A stretch of DNA of 53,867 nt, taken from Candidatus Omnitrophica bacterium 4484_213. GTDB taxonomy: Bacteria; Omnitrophota; 4484-213. The translations under genes were made by a program, and so were the position numbers. Positions 10,601 through 18,034 of this stretch are shown in pieces. Below the pieces are notes generated by a model. It saw nothing but the letters and a program-made list of their open reading frames with translations. It was not told where the DNA came from and did not search any database. Position 1 is the stretch's first letter, and each line of letters begins with the position of its first letter. The stretch is from assembly GCA_002085025.1 (NCBI GenBank), contig MZGK01000006.1:1-53867 (forward strand), given 5' to 3'.

Positions 10601-11089
10601 AAAGAGTTTGGGGGGATAAATAACTATGTAGAAGAATTCGTTTATCCAGGAGATAAAATTAAAGGAACGGTCTATGGAATGCATTCTGCCAAGGGTAAGT
10701 TTGTCGGCGAGAGGACTTATGATAACTTGATTAATGAAGGAAAGTTGATACATAGCATAAATATTTTAGATTTAGGTAGAGAGCAGAGAGTTGAAGTTAA
10801 GTATCAGTCCGACGGCAGTATTTTGCATTACCGAGATTATAAAGGAGTTAATCTTCCCTTATTAGGATATACAGATGAGTTATTTAGAAATACAAACATA
10901 GATTTTGTGGACGAATTTTATTGGCAGCACAATAAACTTTATACCCTTGACTTAAATAGCAATAAAAAAGAAACATTCCACTTTTTAAGAAATGATTATT
11001 ATCTATCAGAAATTTCCCGAGTTGATTATCAACTGAACGATAATTCGCTAAGAATAAGCGCTGAGTTCTTATTGGTGTATTTGCTTTGA
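7568..11089 (+). CDS. Giant protein, downstream reading frame (1,173 codons): Fn3-like segment then beta-rich repeats; probably the C-terminal continuation of 549..7670
   Basis: Overlaps the upstream frame by 103 nt in the -1 frame. The first residues (KKDLPDGKYEVFARAHYYKDSSTGKLPSDWVSLGEVEI) look like the end of an Ig/Fn3-like domain. GWGVLSWSLPPGAKGVVLEVAE looks like the start of another. Later ~40-aa repeats are visible (IGEREEITLAWEYNGP... / LGQAEEVKLAYRYGP... / TGEREDAVLSHFSGLP...). Confidence 0.85.
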   Translation: MEKKKDLPDGKYEVFARAHYYKDSSTGKLPSDWVSLGEVEIERDDRLRYFAPPPEMDIQETKNGWGVLSWSLPPGAKGVVLEVAEKSRDLSSHPNADNGKDTQRYFIPRDFTSLLTNQEGVYHIATVYEKPDPDSQVTGKKILTYSQWGGLHSEHNYFQKREGEETISIEAITESIPQRKGIIIDNNQAKIFIKDKQDELKFLADYELDDNFEIKTTREEPLDKGPVHIKHFTDYGENEFDTEQIGNNIYHYEKGLKMSDGTPFWTEVTSAIDKDKVIKTAEAIIDKDSGEIIGRRVKDLISGITEIQDYYGGEWFTTEKTVANGETFNYKYKDYVGRRFLIWDNEDGIEKEHSYEFYPLEKETEVEEITKQDWPGGPEQKGWKSNEKALLKVKTRTISFNDGRPDVVKHYDIDENLLIVENSDETISIYDLFNFPGLNQPTMIADAQTGEIRQKINYELDEMNVITKITKEHLFEGQTEMIEVDPVTNWKTITTKDNDGVIWISTPSTEDSQYIETKVNLCSGTEEKLFFNYYGGHIIGGAEFDWNGDEIKHWEIDGNKKIVEYPRIGEREEITLAWEYNGPATEGHCFDKLGEKSNWEVSESGYTKTKNFLRLGQAEEVKLAYRYGPEIKGARSDDLGEIFSWKIGVGQDGKWHNLKEFVRTGEREDAVLSHFSGLPEKIDFIGSDGEIKRATKFRDDSDDWLSQEIEGKKKPLAITEKFDGRSKETVYGYLSSSRIGPKIVETEFDNNGDLFSVLNLQGDGRWLIKEEGEDKGKYYGKKYFVQEGKNEDGEYREYEEIVFASQDGTKEKITHYKWSGEEQEFVEIFSKEAVDENGNWLIDENTGKHYTQIDFANGRKQFNVHPWIGSEVNEFSKMLAPDRQTTLWDEQTYFDEKDRKWYQDKNIYDRGKLIKEEKNILLWHNGPLSDGTIVEHRYDGDVYFDVKRDYIENYSKMTETIRREDNGDRDAIKWERILGNWEKIEIDYSDGTGEKNYFDDNGIKIKKEFSRKEFGGINNYVEEFVYPGDKIKGTVYGMHSAKGKFVGERTYDNLINEGKLIHSINILDLGREQRVEVKYQSDGSILHYRDYKGVNLPLLGYTDELFRNTNIDFVDEFYWQHNKLYTLDLNSNKKETFHFLRNDYYLSEISRVDYQLNDNSLRISAEFLLVYLL

Positions 11090-12120
11090 GCCCAACCTGG
11101 GGGACTTGGGCTATTGGGGGCGTTACAACTTTCTTTTTTACTACCCTCTTGGTTCGCAATCTTAGCAGTGATTTCGTTCCTCACTTTGGCTGGAACCCTC
11201 TAAAATGGGAATGGTTTAAGAAAGGAATATTCCATCCCCAGAAACTCAGCCGCTCTATACTCAGTTGTAATATAGGTGGGCCTATCTTTAACCTGTTGCT
11301 TATTACTTCGGCCATTCCTTTAGCAGCTTATATTCTTTCAGCTTTAGCACTTCCGAGCGAAGTATGGTTAGCGGTTCTCTTTGCTATCCTCTGGCCTATT
11401 AAATCGCTATACAAAAGCACAATGAGAAAACTCCAGCCTTTTCCAGAAGAGGCCCAAAAGGCAGAGTGGGGAAAGATGGCTATTTCTGAAGCAGTGCTTC
11501 TTCCAATAGTTTATTTCGTTCTTTCTATGGACCCTTTAGGTTATGTCTTCTTTACGCGAGTTTTTTGCCAGGGGTTAGGATTTGGCATAGATGTAAGATA
11601 CTTTCTCTTTGGTAGTATTGAGATTACGCGCGGGTTTAGAATGGGAGTGCCCGGCAGGGTAACCATTAACGGGAAGAGGATTAATCCTAAGGAGGCGTGG
11701 GAGAGATGGGCTATAGAAAATAAAATTGAGGATGCAAAGATTGTTCCTGCCAATATTCGAGAAGAGATATTGAAAGGGTGTCTAAGCTGCGGGAGTTGTC
11801 CAATGTCCAATAAGGGAAATAGCGGGCACTGCGGGGCGTGTTTTGGGGCTTCTGAACGTTGGCATAGCACAATAAAAGACATCAAGATGGGTTCTGTCCA
11901 TAAATTTATATGTGATAATAAGAAATCAGACCTTTCCCAATATAAATATCTTTCTCCCCAGCATATTCAGTATGAGTTTTTGGAGGATTTGCTTGCAAAA
12001 GCAGGAGTAGAAGCCCCCGGACTATTTCTTGCGCAACTATTTCTTGAAAGAAATGGTAAAGATAATAATGGAAATACCGATATCTGGCAGGCGATAGAGG
12101 CGAGAACAAAGAAACCATAG
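11086..12120 (+). CDS. Polytopic membrane protein with a Cys-rich C-terminal domain, translationally coupled to the giant gene
   Basis: The TTG start overlaps the giant-gene TGA (TTGA at 11086-11089). There are about 5 hydrophobic spans (e.g. GGPIFNLLLITSAIPLAAYILSALAL, VWLAVLFAILWPI, AVLLPIVYFVLSM). The C-terminal part contains CLSCGSCPMSNKGNSGHCGAC. No family was recognised. Confidence 0.7.
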   Translation: MSPTWGTWAIGGVTTFFFTTLLVRNLSSDFVPHFGWNPLKWEWFKKGIFHPQKLSRSILSCNIGGPIFNLLLITSAIPLAAYILSALALPSEVWLAVLFAILWPIKSLYKSTMRKLQPFPEEAQKAEWGKMAISEAVLLPIVYFVLSMDPLGYVFFTRVFCQGLGFGIDVRYFLFGSIEITRGFRMGVPGRVTINGKRINPKEAWERWAIENKIEDAKIVPANIREEILKGCLSCGSCPMSNKGNSGHCGACFGASERWHSTIKDIKMGSVHKFICDNKKSDLSQYKYLSPQHIQYEFLEDLLAKAGVEAPGLFLAQLFLERNGKDNNGNTDIWQAIEARTKKP

Positions 12121-12292
12121 CAAAGGCCTTTCCAATTAACCTCTCAACCATATTCAGTTTTCATTGGTGACCTTCCAATTTTTTCAATATCATATAGAAC
12201 TTTTGCATTTTTCTCTAAACTTTTGTTTAATTAAGGGAATTTTTGCATTCCTCGCTCTCGTGATTTTTTATTAACGCTAAAATCTGCGTCTC

Positions 12293-12380
12293 GGCAGGGC
12301 AAAATCAAACTTGACCACCTCAGACCCGAAACGGTTCGGGTCTTCGGCGGTCTTCGGACATGATTTTGCTAGGACCTGCC
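12293..12380. repeat. Nested-hairpin intergenic element
   Basis: Outer pairing is GGCAGG+GCAAAATCA (12293-12307) with TGATTTTGC (12361-12369) and CCTGCC (12375-12380). The inner perfect hairpin is GACCCGAA-acgg-TTCGGGTC (12323-12342). Confidence 0.7.
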
Positions 12381-12394
12381 TCAACTTGATTTTA

Positions 12395-12444
12395 TCCGAC
12401 GCTTCCTCGGGGGAATTCGCCATAGGCGAATTATTTAACAGGGT
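12395..12444. repeat. Intergenic copy (3' part) of the palindromic element family
   Basis: Ends with ATTTAACAGGGT (12433-12444), identical to the right terminus of the nusB copy. It shares tccgacgctNcctcgggg with the hydA copy and has the inner hairpin AATTCGCC-ata-GGCGAATT (12414-12432). No clean left terminus was found. Confidence 0.6.
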
Positions 12445-12472
12445 TGACCAAACATTCTTTTCCTGCTAAACT
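12444..12472 (+). promoter_or_regulatory. Candidate sigma70-type promoter for cysK
   Basis: TTGACC (12444-12449), 17-nt spacer, TGcTAAACT extended -10 (TAAACT at 12467-12472). The -35 box abuts or overlaps the end of the palindromic element. Confidence 0.4.
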
Positions 12473-12582
12473 TTAAGACATCAAAGCGGATGTCTGATTA
12501 CAATGATTAAAAAACACCTCCCTACCACAGGCAAGGATTGCGGCAATTATTGGCTATAACAAAGTTATAGCAAGGAGCAAAA

Positions 12583-13533
12583 ATGGCAAAGATAGCTGAG
12601 AGTGTGACAAAACTAATTGGGAATACTCCCTTAGTGAGGTTAAACAGAATCACTTCCGATGTCTATGCTCGTGTTGTAGTAAAGTTAGAATCCTTTAATC
12701 CTCTATCTAGTGTAAAGGACAGGATTGGGGTTTCTATGATTGAGGATGCCGAAAATAAAGGACTAATCAAAAAAGGCAGCACAATTATTGAGCCAACGAG
12801 TGGAAATACTGGAATTGCTCTTGCTTTTGTCTGTGCGGCAAAAGATTATCACCTAATTTTAACAATGCCCGATACGATGTCTCGTGAACGCAGGCAGTTA
12901 CTTTCTTTATTTGGAGCAGAAGTTATCTTAACACCCGGTCAGCAAGGAATGGCCGGGGCAGTGAAAAGGGCAGAAGAAATCTTAGAGAGCACCCCTAATT
13001 CCCTCATACTTCAACAATTCAAAAATCCAGCCAATCCAGAGATTCACCGCAAGACTACCGCTGAAGAAATCTGGAGGGATACAGATGGAAAGGTAGATAT
13101 TTTAGTTGCTGGCGTAGGCACCGGGGGAACAATTAGCGGAGTAGCCGAGGTAATCAAAGAAAGAAAGTCCGAATTTAAAGCGATTGCTGTTGAACCTGAA
13201 GATTCTCCCGTGCTTTCTCGCCAAAAATATGGCCAGCAGGCCGGAGGGAAACCCGGGTTGCATAAAATTCAAGGCATTGGCGCAGGGTTTGTGCCCGATG
13301 TTTTGAAGATGGATCTAATTGATGAGGTAATCCCGGTAAGCAATGAGGATGCGGCCGAAACTACCCGAAGGTTGGCTAAAGAAGAAGGAATATTGGCAGG
13401 AATTTCCTCTGGTGCGGCAGTTTGGGCGGCAATAGAGGTGGCTAAAAGAAAAGAAAATAAGAATAAACTCATTGTTGTAGTTTTGCCGGATACGGGAGAA
13501 AGGTATCTTTCTACAGAGTTGTTTAATCAGTGA
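12583..13533 (+). CDS. cysK: Cysteine synthase A (O-acetylserine sulfhydrylase)
   Basis: [21 protein letters not shown] (PLP lysine motif), [39 protein letters not shown] lies 6 nt upstream of the ATG. Confidence 0.93.
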   Translation: MAKIAESVTKLIGNTPLVRLNRITSDVYARVVVKLESFNPLSSVKDRIGVSMIEDAENKGLIKKGSTIIEPTSGNTGIALAFVCAAKDYHLILTMPDTMSRERRQLLSLFGAEVILTPGQQGMAGAVKRAEEILESTPNSLILQQFKNPANPEIHRKTTAEEIWRDTDGKVDILVAGVGTGGTISGVAEVIKERKSEFKAIAVEPEDSPVLSRQKYGQQAGGKPGLHKIQGIGAGFVPDVLKMDLIDEVIPVSNEDAAETTRRLAKEEGILAGISSGAAVWAAIEVAKRKENKNKLIVVVLPDTGERYLSTELFNQ

Positions 13534-13560
13534 TAATCTGTCAGTGTTATTAACCAATGT

Positions 13561-14277
13561 ATGAAGAATTTTTATCGGGATTGGATAAAAAACAGTGACC
13601 TGATTGGATTTCAGGTCATAGTCAAAGAGACAGAACTTTTTGTTAAGGCAGAGCGAGACTTATCTGTTGAGGCAACCAACTCAATTGTGGAATTTAGAGG
13701 TCAAATAGAAGAATATATTGCCAAAGATTCCGAATTTAAAACTGCACTTAAGCCCTATAGCGTTAGTGATAGAGCTCCCTTGATAGTTAAGGAGATGGCT
13801 AAAGCTTCATCTTCGGTTGGGGTTGGCCCTTTTGCCTCTGTAGCCGGTGCTATAGCAGAATATGTAGGGAAAAATCTTCTCAAACATTCTCGGCAGATTA
13901 TTGTAGAAAACGGAGGGGATATATTTATCAAGAGTGCAAAAAATAGGGTTGTGGGGATATACGCCGGTTTATCTTCCTTTAACAGGAGAGTGGGGTTGGA
14001 GATAAAAGCTGAGGAGACTCCCCTGGGTATCTGCACTTCTTCGGGAACAATAGGGCATTCTTTAAGCTTCGGGAAGGCGGATGCGGTAGTAGTGCTTTCC
14101 AAATCTACTCTTTTAGCCGACGCATCTGCTACTTGCATCGGTAACCTCATTAAGAAAAAGACCGATATCCCTCAAGGGATAAAGTTTGCTCAAAAGATAA
14201 ACGGGCTTAAAGGAGTAGTTATCATCAAAGATGACAAAATGGGAATTTGGGGTGAGGTAAAGATTTGCCAAATTTAA
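13561..14277 (+). CDS. UPF0280 family (ApbE-like fold) protein
   Basis: PFASVAGAIAEYVG, IVENGGDIF and TSSGTIGHSLSFGKADAVVV resemble UPF0280 proteins. Assignment is from memory of the family pattern only. Confidence 0.5.
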   Translation: MKNFYRDWIKNSDLIGFQVIVKETELFVKAERDLSVEATNSIVEFRGQIEEYIAKDSEFKTALKPYSVSDRAPLIVKEMAKASSSVGVGPFASVAGAIAEYVGKNLLKHSRQIIVENGGDIFIKSAKNRVVGIYAGLSSFNRRVGLEIKAEETPLGICTSSGTIGHSLSFGKADAVVVLSKSTLLADASATCIGNLIKKKTDIPQGIKFAQKINGLKGVVIIKDDKMGIWGEVKICQI

Positions 14278-14458
14278 AATGCGATTTGCTGATATATTAA
14301 AAAAGCCAAAGAAAAGAGGATATTGTTCAAAGAAGAGATAATTAAATTTTTGACAACAAAAAAATAAGGAAGAGGCTTGCCATTTTAAAACGGTACTCCT
14401 TCAAAAGGGTCCGGAAAAATAAAGATATTCCGATGGTATAGAAAAGAGGTTTAAGGAA

Positions 14459-15619
14459 ATGAATTTAAAAAGAGTTGTTGTGGCAATGAGTGGAGGAGTA
14501 GATTCTTCGGTTGCTGCCGCTCTACTTAAAGACAAGGGCTTTGAAGTCATTGGTATCACTATGCAAGTCTGGGAATGTTCCAGGAATTGGAGCGGTTATG
14601 CAAAGAGGGTAGCTAATAGATTAGGAATACCCCACTATGTATTAGATGTCCGAGATATTTTTAAACAAAAAGTAATTGCCAACTTTTGTGAAGAATATAG
14701 AGAGGGCCGAACGCCTAACCCTTGCATTAGATGCAATGAATACATAAAGTTTGAGACCTTGCTTAAAAAAGCAAAGGAGTTAGACGCAGATTATATCGCT
14801 ACAGGTCATTATGCAAGGATAGAGAGGGCAAAGAGCAAAGGGCAAAAAGCAAAGGGCAAAGAAGAAGTCCGATGCTTGCTTAAAAGAGGGATTGATGCTA
14901 AAAAAGATCAATCCTATGTTTTATACACGATGATCCAGGAGCAATTAAAGCATACCCTCTTGCCCTTAGGAAACTTGACTAAAGACCGGGTGAGAGAAAT
15001 TGCTCGGGAAAAGGATTTGCCGGCAACAAGGCCAGAATCTCAGGAAATATGTTTTATCCCCGATAATAACTATGGAGAGTTTCTCAGAAAATATCTCCCT
15101 GAGGCAGCAGAACCTGGCCCTATTCTAAATAAAGAGGGTAGAGTTATCGGCGAGCATCAAGGAATAATTTTTTATACTGTCGGCCAACGCAAAAGAATAG
15201 GCCTATCTAACAAAGAGCCTCTATATGTAATCGCAGTTAATAAAGAAAGCAATACAGTTGTTGTCGGAAAAAAAGAAGAGGGCTATGCTGATGAGTTAAT
15301 TGCTAATAATCTAAATTTTATAGATATGAAGAAGTTAACCTCGCTTCTGGGAGCAGAGGCGAGGTTAAAGACTCCTATTAAGGCAGAGGCAAAAATAAGA
15401 TATCTTCATCAACCCTCAGCGGTAACTGTTACTCCGTTGAGCGAAGCTTGGGTTCATCCTGCCAAATCCCTGCCGAGGTGGGGACCGGCAAAGCCGCTAT
15501 TAAGCAGGGTAAGAGTGAAGTTTAAGCAGCCGCAGTGGGCAATTACTCCTGGGCAGGCAGTGGTATTTTACGATAAGGAGGAGGTTATCGGGGGAGGAAC
15601 GATAGAAAGATGCCTCTAA
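14459..15619 (+). CDS. mnmA: tRNA 2-thiouridine(34) synthase MnmA, carrying two repeat-derived insertions
   Basis: PP-loop VVVAMSGGVDSSVAA, NPCIRCN, TGHYAR, DQSYVL, ITPGQAVVFYD...GGGTIE. Confidence 0.93.
   Translation: MNLKRVVVAMSGGVDSSVAAALLKDKGFEVIGITMQVWECSRNWSGYAKRVANRLGIPHYVLDVRDIFKQKVIANFCEEYREGRTPNPCIRCNEYIKFETLLKKAKELDADYIATGHYARIERAKSKGQKAKGKEEVRCLLKRGIDAKKDQSYVLYTMIQEQLKHTLLPLGNLTKDRVREIAREKDLPATRPESQEICFIPDNNYGEFLRKYLPEAAEPGPILNKEGRVIGEHQGIIFYTVGQRKRIGLSNKEPLYVIAVNKESNTVVVGKKEEGYADELIANNLNFIDMKKLTSLLGAEARLKTPIKAEAKIRYLHQPSAVTVTPLSEAWVHPAKSLPRWGPAKPLLSRVRVKFKQPQWAITPGQAVVFYDKEEVIGGGTIERCL
14826..14860. repeat. Heptanucleotide tandem repeat (RRGCAAA x5) inside mnmA
   Basis: gggcaaa gagcaaa gggcaaa aagcaaa gggcaaa, translated as (R)AKSKGQKAKGK. 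It lies between the HYAR and DQSY motifs. Confidence 0.8.
15451..15510. repeat. Palindromic element copy inside mnmA (nusB-type subfamily)
   Basis: ggttcaTCCTGCCAAAT...ATTAAGCAGGGTaag aligns with the nusB copy ggttcaCCCTGTTAAAT...ATTTAACAGGGTaaa. It is read in frame as VHPAKSLPRWGPAKPLLSRV. Confidence 0.7.
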
Positions 15620-15636
15620 AACAAGGCAAGAATACT

Positions 15637-15665
15637 TGACAACAATTTCTTTTTATGCTACACTT
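15637..15665 (+). promoter_or_regulatory. Candidate sigma70-type promoter of the rex-hyd operon
   Basis: TTGACA (15637-15642), 17-nt spacer, TGcTACACT extended -10 (TACACT at 15660-15665). Confidence 0.55.
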
Positions 15666-15683
15666 TGTGAAAATAGGAACAAA
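15666..15683 (+). promoter_or_regulatory. Candidate Rex operator (autoregulation)
   Basis: TTGTGAAAATAGGAACAA matches 11 of 14 specified positions of the TTGTTAA-N4-TTAACAA type Rex box. It sits immediately downstream of the -10 and overlaps the rex start codon. Confidence 0.4.
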
Positions 15684-16333
15684 TGCCAAAAAGTAAAATT
15701 TGTATAAGAAAAATGTGCTTTTCTGTAGAGACCGTTAAGCGGTTGAGTTTATATTTGAGGGACCTGCGAAAACTCGCTAAGAAGAAGATAGAGCTTATCT
15801 CTTCCAACAAGATAACCCAGCTTTTGAATATATCCCCGGCCCAGTTTAGAAAAGACCTCTCTTACTTTGGAGAATTTGGCAAGAGAGGCGTAGGGTATGA
15901 AGTCAAGAAACTAATCAAGAAACTGGAGGAGATTTTAGGTATCAATAAAGAGTGGAGGATAGCCGTGGTAGGAGTGGGAAGGTTGGGGAGTGCATTATTG
16001 AGGTTTGAGGGGTTCTCCAAATTTAACATCAAAATAAAGACAGCTTTTGATATAAGCAAGAAGAAGGTAGGGAAGGTTATAAATGGAATTAAGATAGAGG
16101 ATGTTAGGAATTTAGAGCGGGTCATAAAAAAGGAGAAGATTAAACTATCCCTAATTTGTACTCCTCCTCAGGTTGCTCAGGATATCACAAATAGATTAGT
16201 GAGAGCAGGGATTCGGGGGATATTGAACTTTGCCCCGGTGGCTTTAAAGGCACCAAATAATGTATTTATTTCCAATGTAGATATGGCTTGCGAACTGGAG
16301 CGATTGATTTTTCTCTTAAACAATGAAAGATAA
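15683..16333 (+). CDS. rex: Redox-sensing transcriptional repressor Rex
   Basis: VKRLSLYLRDL, RKDLSYFGEFGKRGVGYEV, Rossmann VVGVGRLGSAL, ILNFAP. Length and order match Rex. Confidence 0.9.
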   Translation: MPKSKICIRKMCFSVETVKRLSLYLRDLRKLAKKKIELISSNKITQLLNISPAQFRKDLSYFGEFGKRGVGYEVKKLIKKLEEILGINKEWRIAVVGVGRLGSALLRFEGFSKFNIKIKTAFDISKKKVGKVINGIKIEDVRNLERVIKKEKIKLSLICTPPQVAQDITNRLVRAGIRGILNFAPVALKAPNNVFISNVDMACELERLIFLLNNER

Positions 16334-16772
16334 ATTAAGGAAAATTCTAAAGTCTTACAATGGCCAAAGAGAGGGGCTTTTGCCTTGTCTCCATTTTATC
16401 CAGAAAGAGCGCGGATATTTATCTGAAGAGGACGCCCTATTTTTGGCTAAAGAATTGAATTTGCCGCCGGTGGAGGTTTATAGTGTAGCGAGTTTCTACT
16501 CTATGTTTACTCTCAAAGAAAGAGGTAAGTATATTATTCGTGTTTGCGCATCTTTGCCCTGTTATCTTAAGGGTTCAAAAGAGATTTTGCAAGCATTAAC
16601 TGAGGAATTAAATATCAGCGTAGGCCAGACCACAGCTGATAAAAAATTCACCATAGAGGCAGTCTCTTGTTTAGGGGCTTGCGATAAAGCACCGGCGATG
16701 ATGATCAATGAAGAAATTTATACAAATTTAACCCCGGCAGAAGCAAAGGAAATAATTCGTCAGTTAAAATGA
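16323..16772 (+). CDS. hydC: [FeFe]-hydrogenase NuoE-like 2Fe-2S subunit
   Basis: Thioredoxin-like 2Fe-2S pattern: RVCASLPCYLKGS ... SCLGACDKAPAMMIN. Overlaps the rex end by 11 nt. Confidence 0.88.
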   Translation: MKDKLRKILKSYNGQREGLLPCLHFIQKERGYLSEEDALFLAKELNLPPVEVYSVASFYSMFTLKERGKYIIRVCASLPCYLKGSKEILQALTEELNISVGQTTADKKFTIEAVSCLGACDKAPAMMINEEIYTNLTPAEAKEIIRQLK

Positions 16773-18034
16773 AAATAGTCTTAAAAAATATTGAAAAGCA
16801 AGGTTATAATGGCGATTTAGAAAGTTATCTTAAACAAGACGGCTATCAGGCCTTAAAGAAGGCACTGAGTCTATCTTCCGAAGAAATAATCAGCGAGGTT
16901 AGATCTTCCAAACTTGTTGGCCGAGGGGGAGCGGCATTTCCTACGGGACTGAAGTGGGAATCGGCTCAAAAGAGCAAAGGGTTTCCTAAGTATGTAGTTT
17001 GCAATGCCGATGAAGGCGAGCCGGGGACATTTAAAGACCGGCTCATTTTAGAAAAAGATCCGCACCTAATAATAGAGGCGATGGCTATTTGCGGATTCAG
17101 TATAGGGGCAGGACAAGGTTTTGTTTATCTGCGAGGGGAATATTTTAAGGGCTACGAAATCTTAAAAAAGGCAGTTCAGGAAGCAGAGGAAAAGAATTTT
17201 TTAGGCAAAAATATTCTTGGGTCTAAATTTTCCTTTAAGATTAATCTTTACAGAGGAGCCGGGGCGTATGTATGCGGCGAGGAAACCGCACTTTTGGATT
17301 CATTGGAAGGCAGGAAAGGACAATCTCGCGTAAAGCCCCCTTTCCCTACATTTGTCGGGTTTAAGACTAAACCAACCATTTTAAATAATGTGGAGACATT
17401 TGCCAATATCCCGGCGATAATTTTAAAGGGCGGGGAATGGTTCTCTCAAATAGGTTGCCCTGATTCTCCAGGGACAAAATTATACTGCCTTTCCGGGGAT
17501 ATAAATAAACCCGGGGTCTATGAACTCCCCACAAGTATCGCCTTAAAAGAATTGCTCGAAAGATATGGTGGAGGTATCAGGGGAAAACTTAAAGCTGTTT
17601 TACCGGGTGGAGTTTCCAGCAGTCTATTAACTGATAAGGAGTTAGATGTAGCCCTGAACTATCCCAGCGTCCAGAAAGCCGGCAGTATGTTGGGTTCAGG
17701 AGCAGTGATTGTAATAAATAATAGTCATTGTATAGTAGATTTAGCAAAAAGATGCGCAGAGTTTTTTGATTATGAATCCTGCGGAAAATGCACTCCCTGT
17801 AGAGAAGGCACAAAAAGAGCAAAGGAGATTCTTGTAAATATTACCAAAGGAGAAGGTAATTTAAGCGATTTGGAACTTTTGAGGGAATTGCAGGAAATTT
17901 TATATGATACATCCCGCTGCGGTTTAGGCCAAGCCGCACTGAATGCTGTCCGTTCAGCTATTGAGAAGTTTCCGGTTGAATTTGAGGAACATATTTCAAA
18001 AAAGAAATGTAGATTGGGGATTTGTCCAATATGA
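16769..18034 (+). CDS. hydB: [FeFe]-hydrogenase NuoF-like flavoprotein subunit (NAD(P)H/FMN binding)
   Basis: GRGGAAFPTGLKWE, CNADEGEPGTFKDR, YICGEETALL-like (YVCGEETALLDSLEG), ESCGKCTPCREG. ATGA overlap with hydC. Confidence 0.9.
   Translation: MKIVLKNIEKQGYNGDLESYLKQDGYQALKKALSLSSEEIISEVRSSKLVGRGGAAFPTGLKWESAQKSKGFPKYVVCNADEGEPGTFKDRLILEKDPHLIIEAMAICGFSIGAGQGFVYLRGEYFKGYEILKKAVQEAEEKNFLGKNILGSKFSFKINLYRGAGAYVCGEETALLDSLEGRKGQSRVKPPFPTFVGFKTKPTILNNVETFANIPAIILKGGEWFSQIGCPDSPGTKLYCLSGDINKPGVYELPTSIALKELLERYGGGIRGKLKAVLPGGVSSSLLTDKELDVALNYPSVQKAGSMLGSGAVIVINNSHCIVDLAKRCAEFFDYESCGKCTPCREGTKRAKEILVNITKGEGNLSDLELLRELQEILYDTSRCGLGQAALNAVRSAIEKFPVEFEEHISKKKCRLGICPI

Noticed and set aside
669-10753. 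Numerous 60-140 codon minus-strand and alternate-frame ORFs inside the giant gene (e.g. 7416..7829, 9866..10276)
   Set aside because: They lie entirely within a long, compositionally consistent + strand ORF and have low-complexity translations and no start signals. These are typical shadow ORFs in AT-rich DNA. The same reasoning applies to alternate-frame ORFs inside lnt, hydA, gatB, secA, pckG and others.
7568-11089. Diversity-generating retroelement (TR/VR) or RHS/YD toxin cassette in the repeat-rich C-terminal giant ORF
   Set aside because: No reverse transcriptase gene lies in the window, and no near-identical nt-level template/variable repeat pair was seen. The ~40-aa repeats lack the clear YD/RHS consensus. 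It is left as uncharacterised beta-rich repeats.
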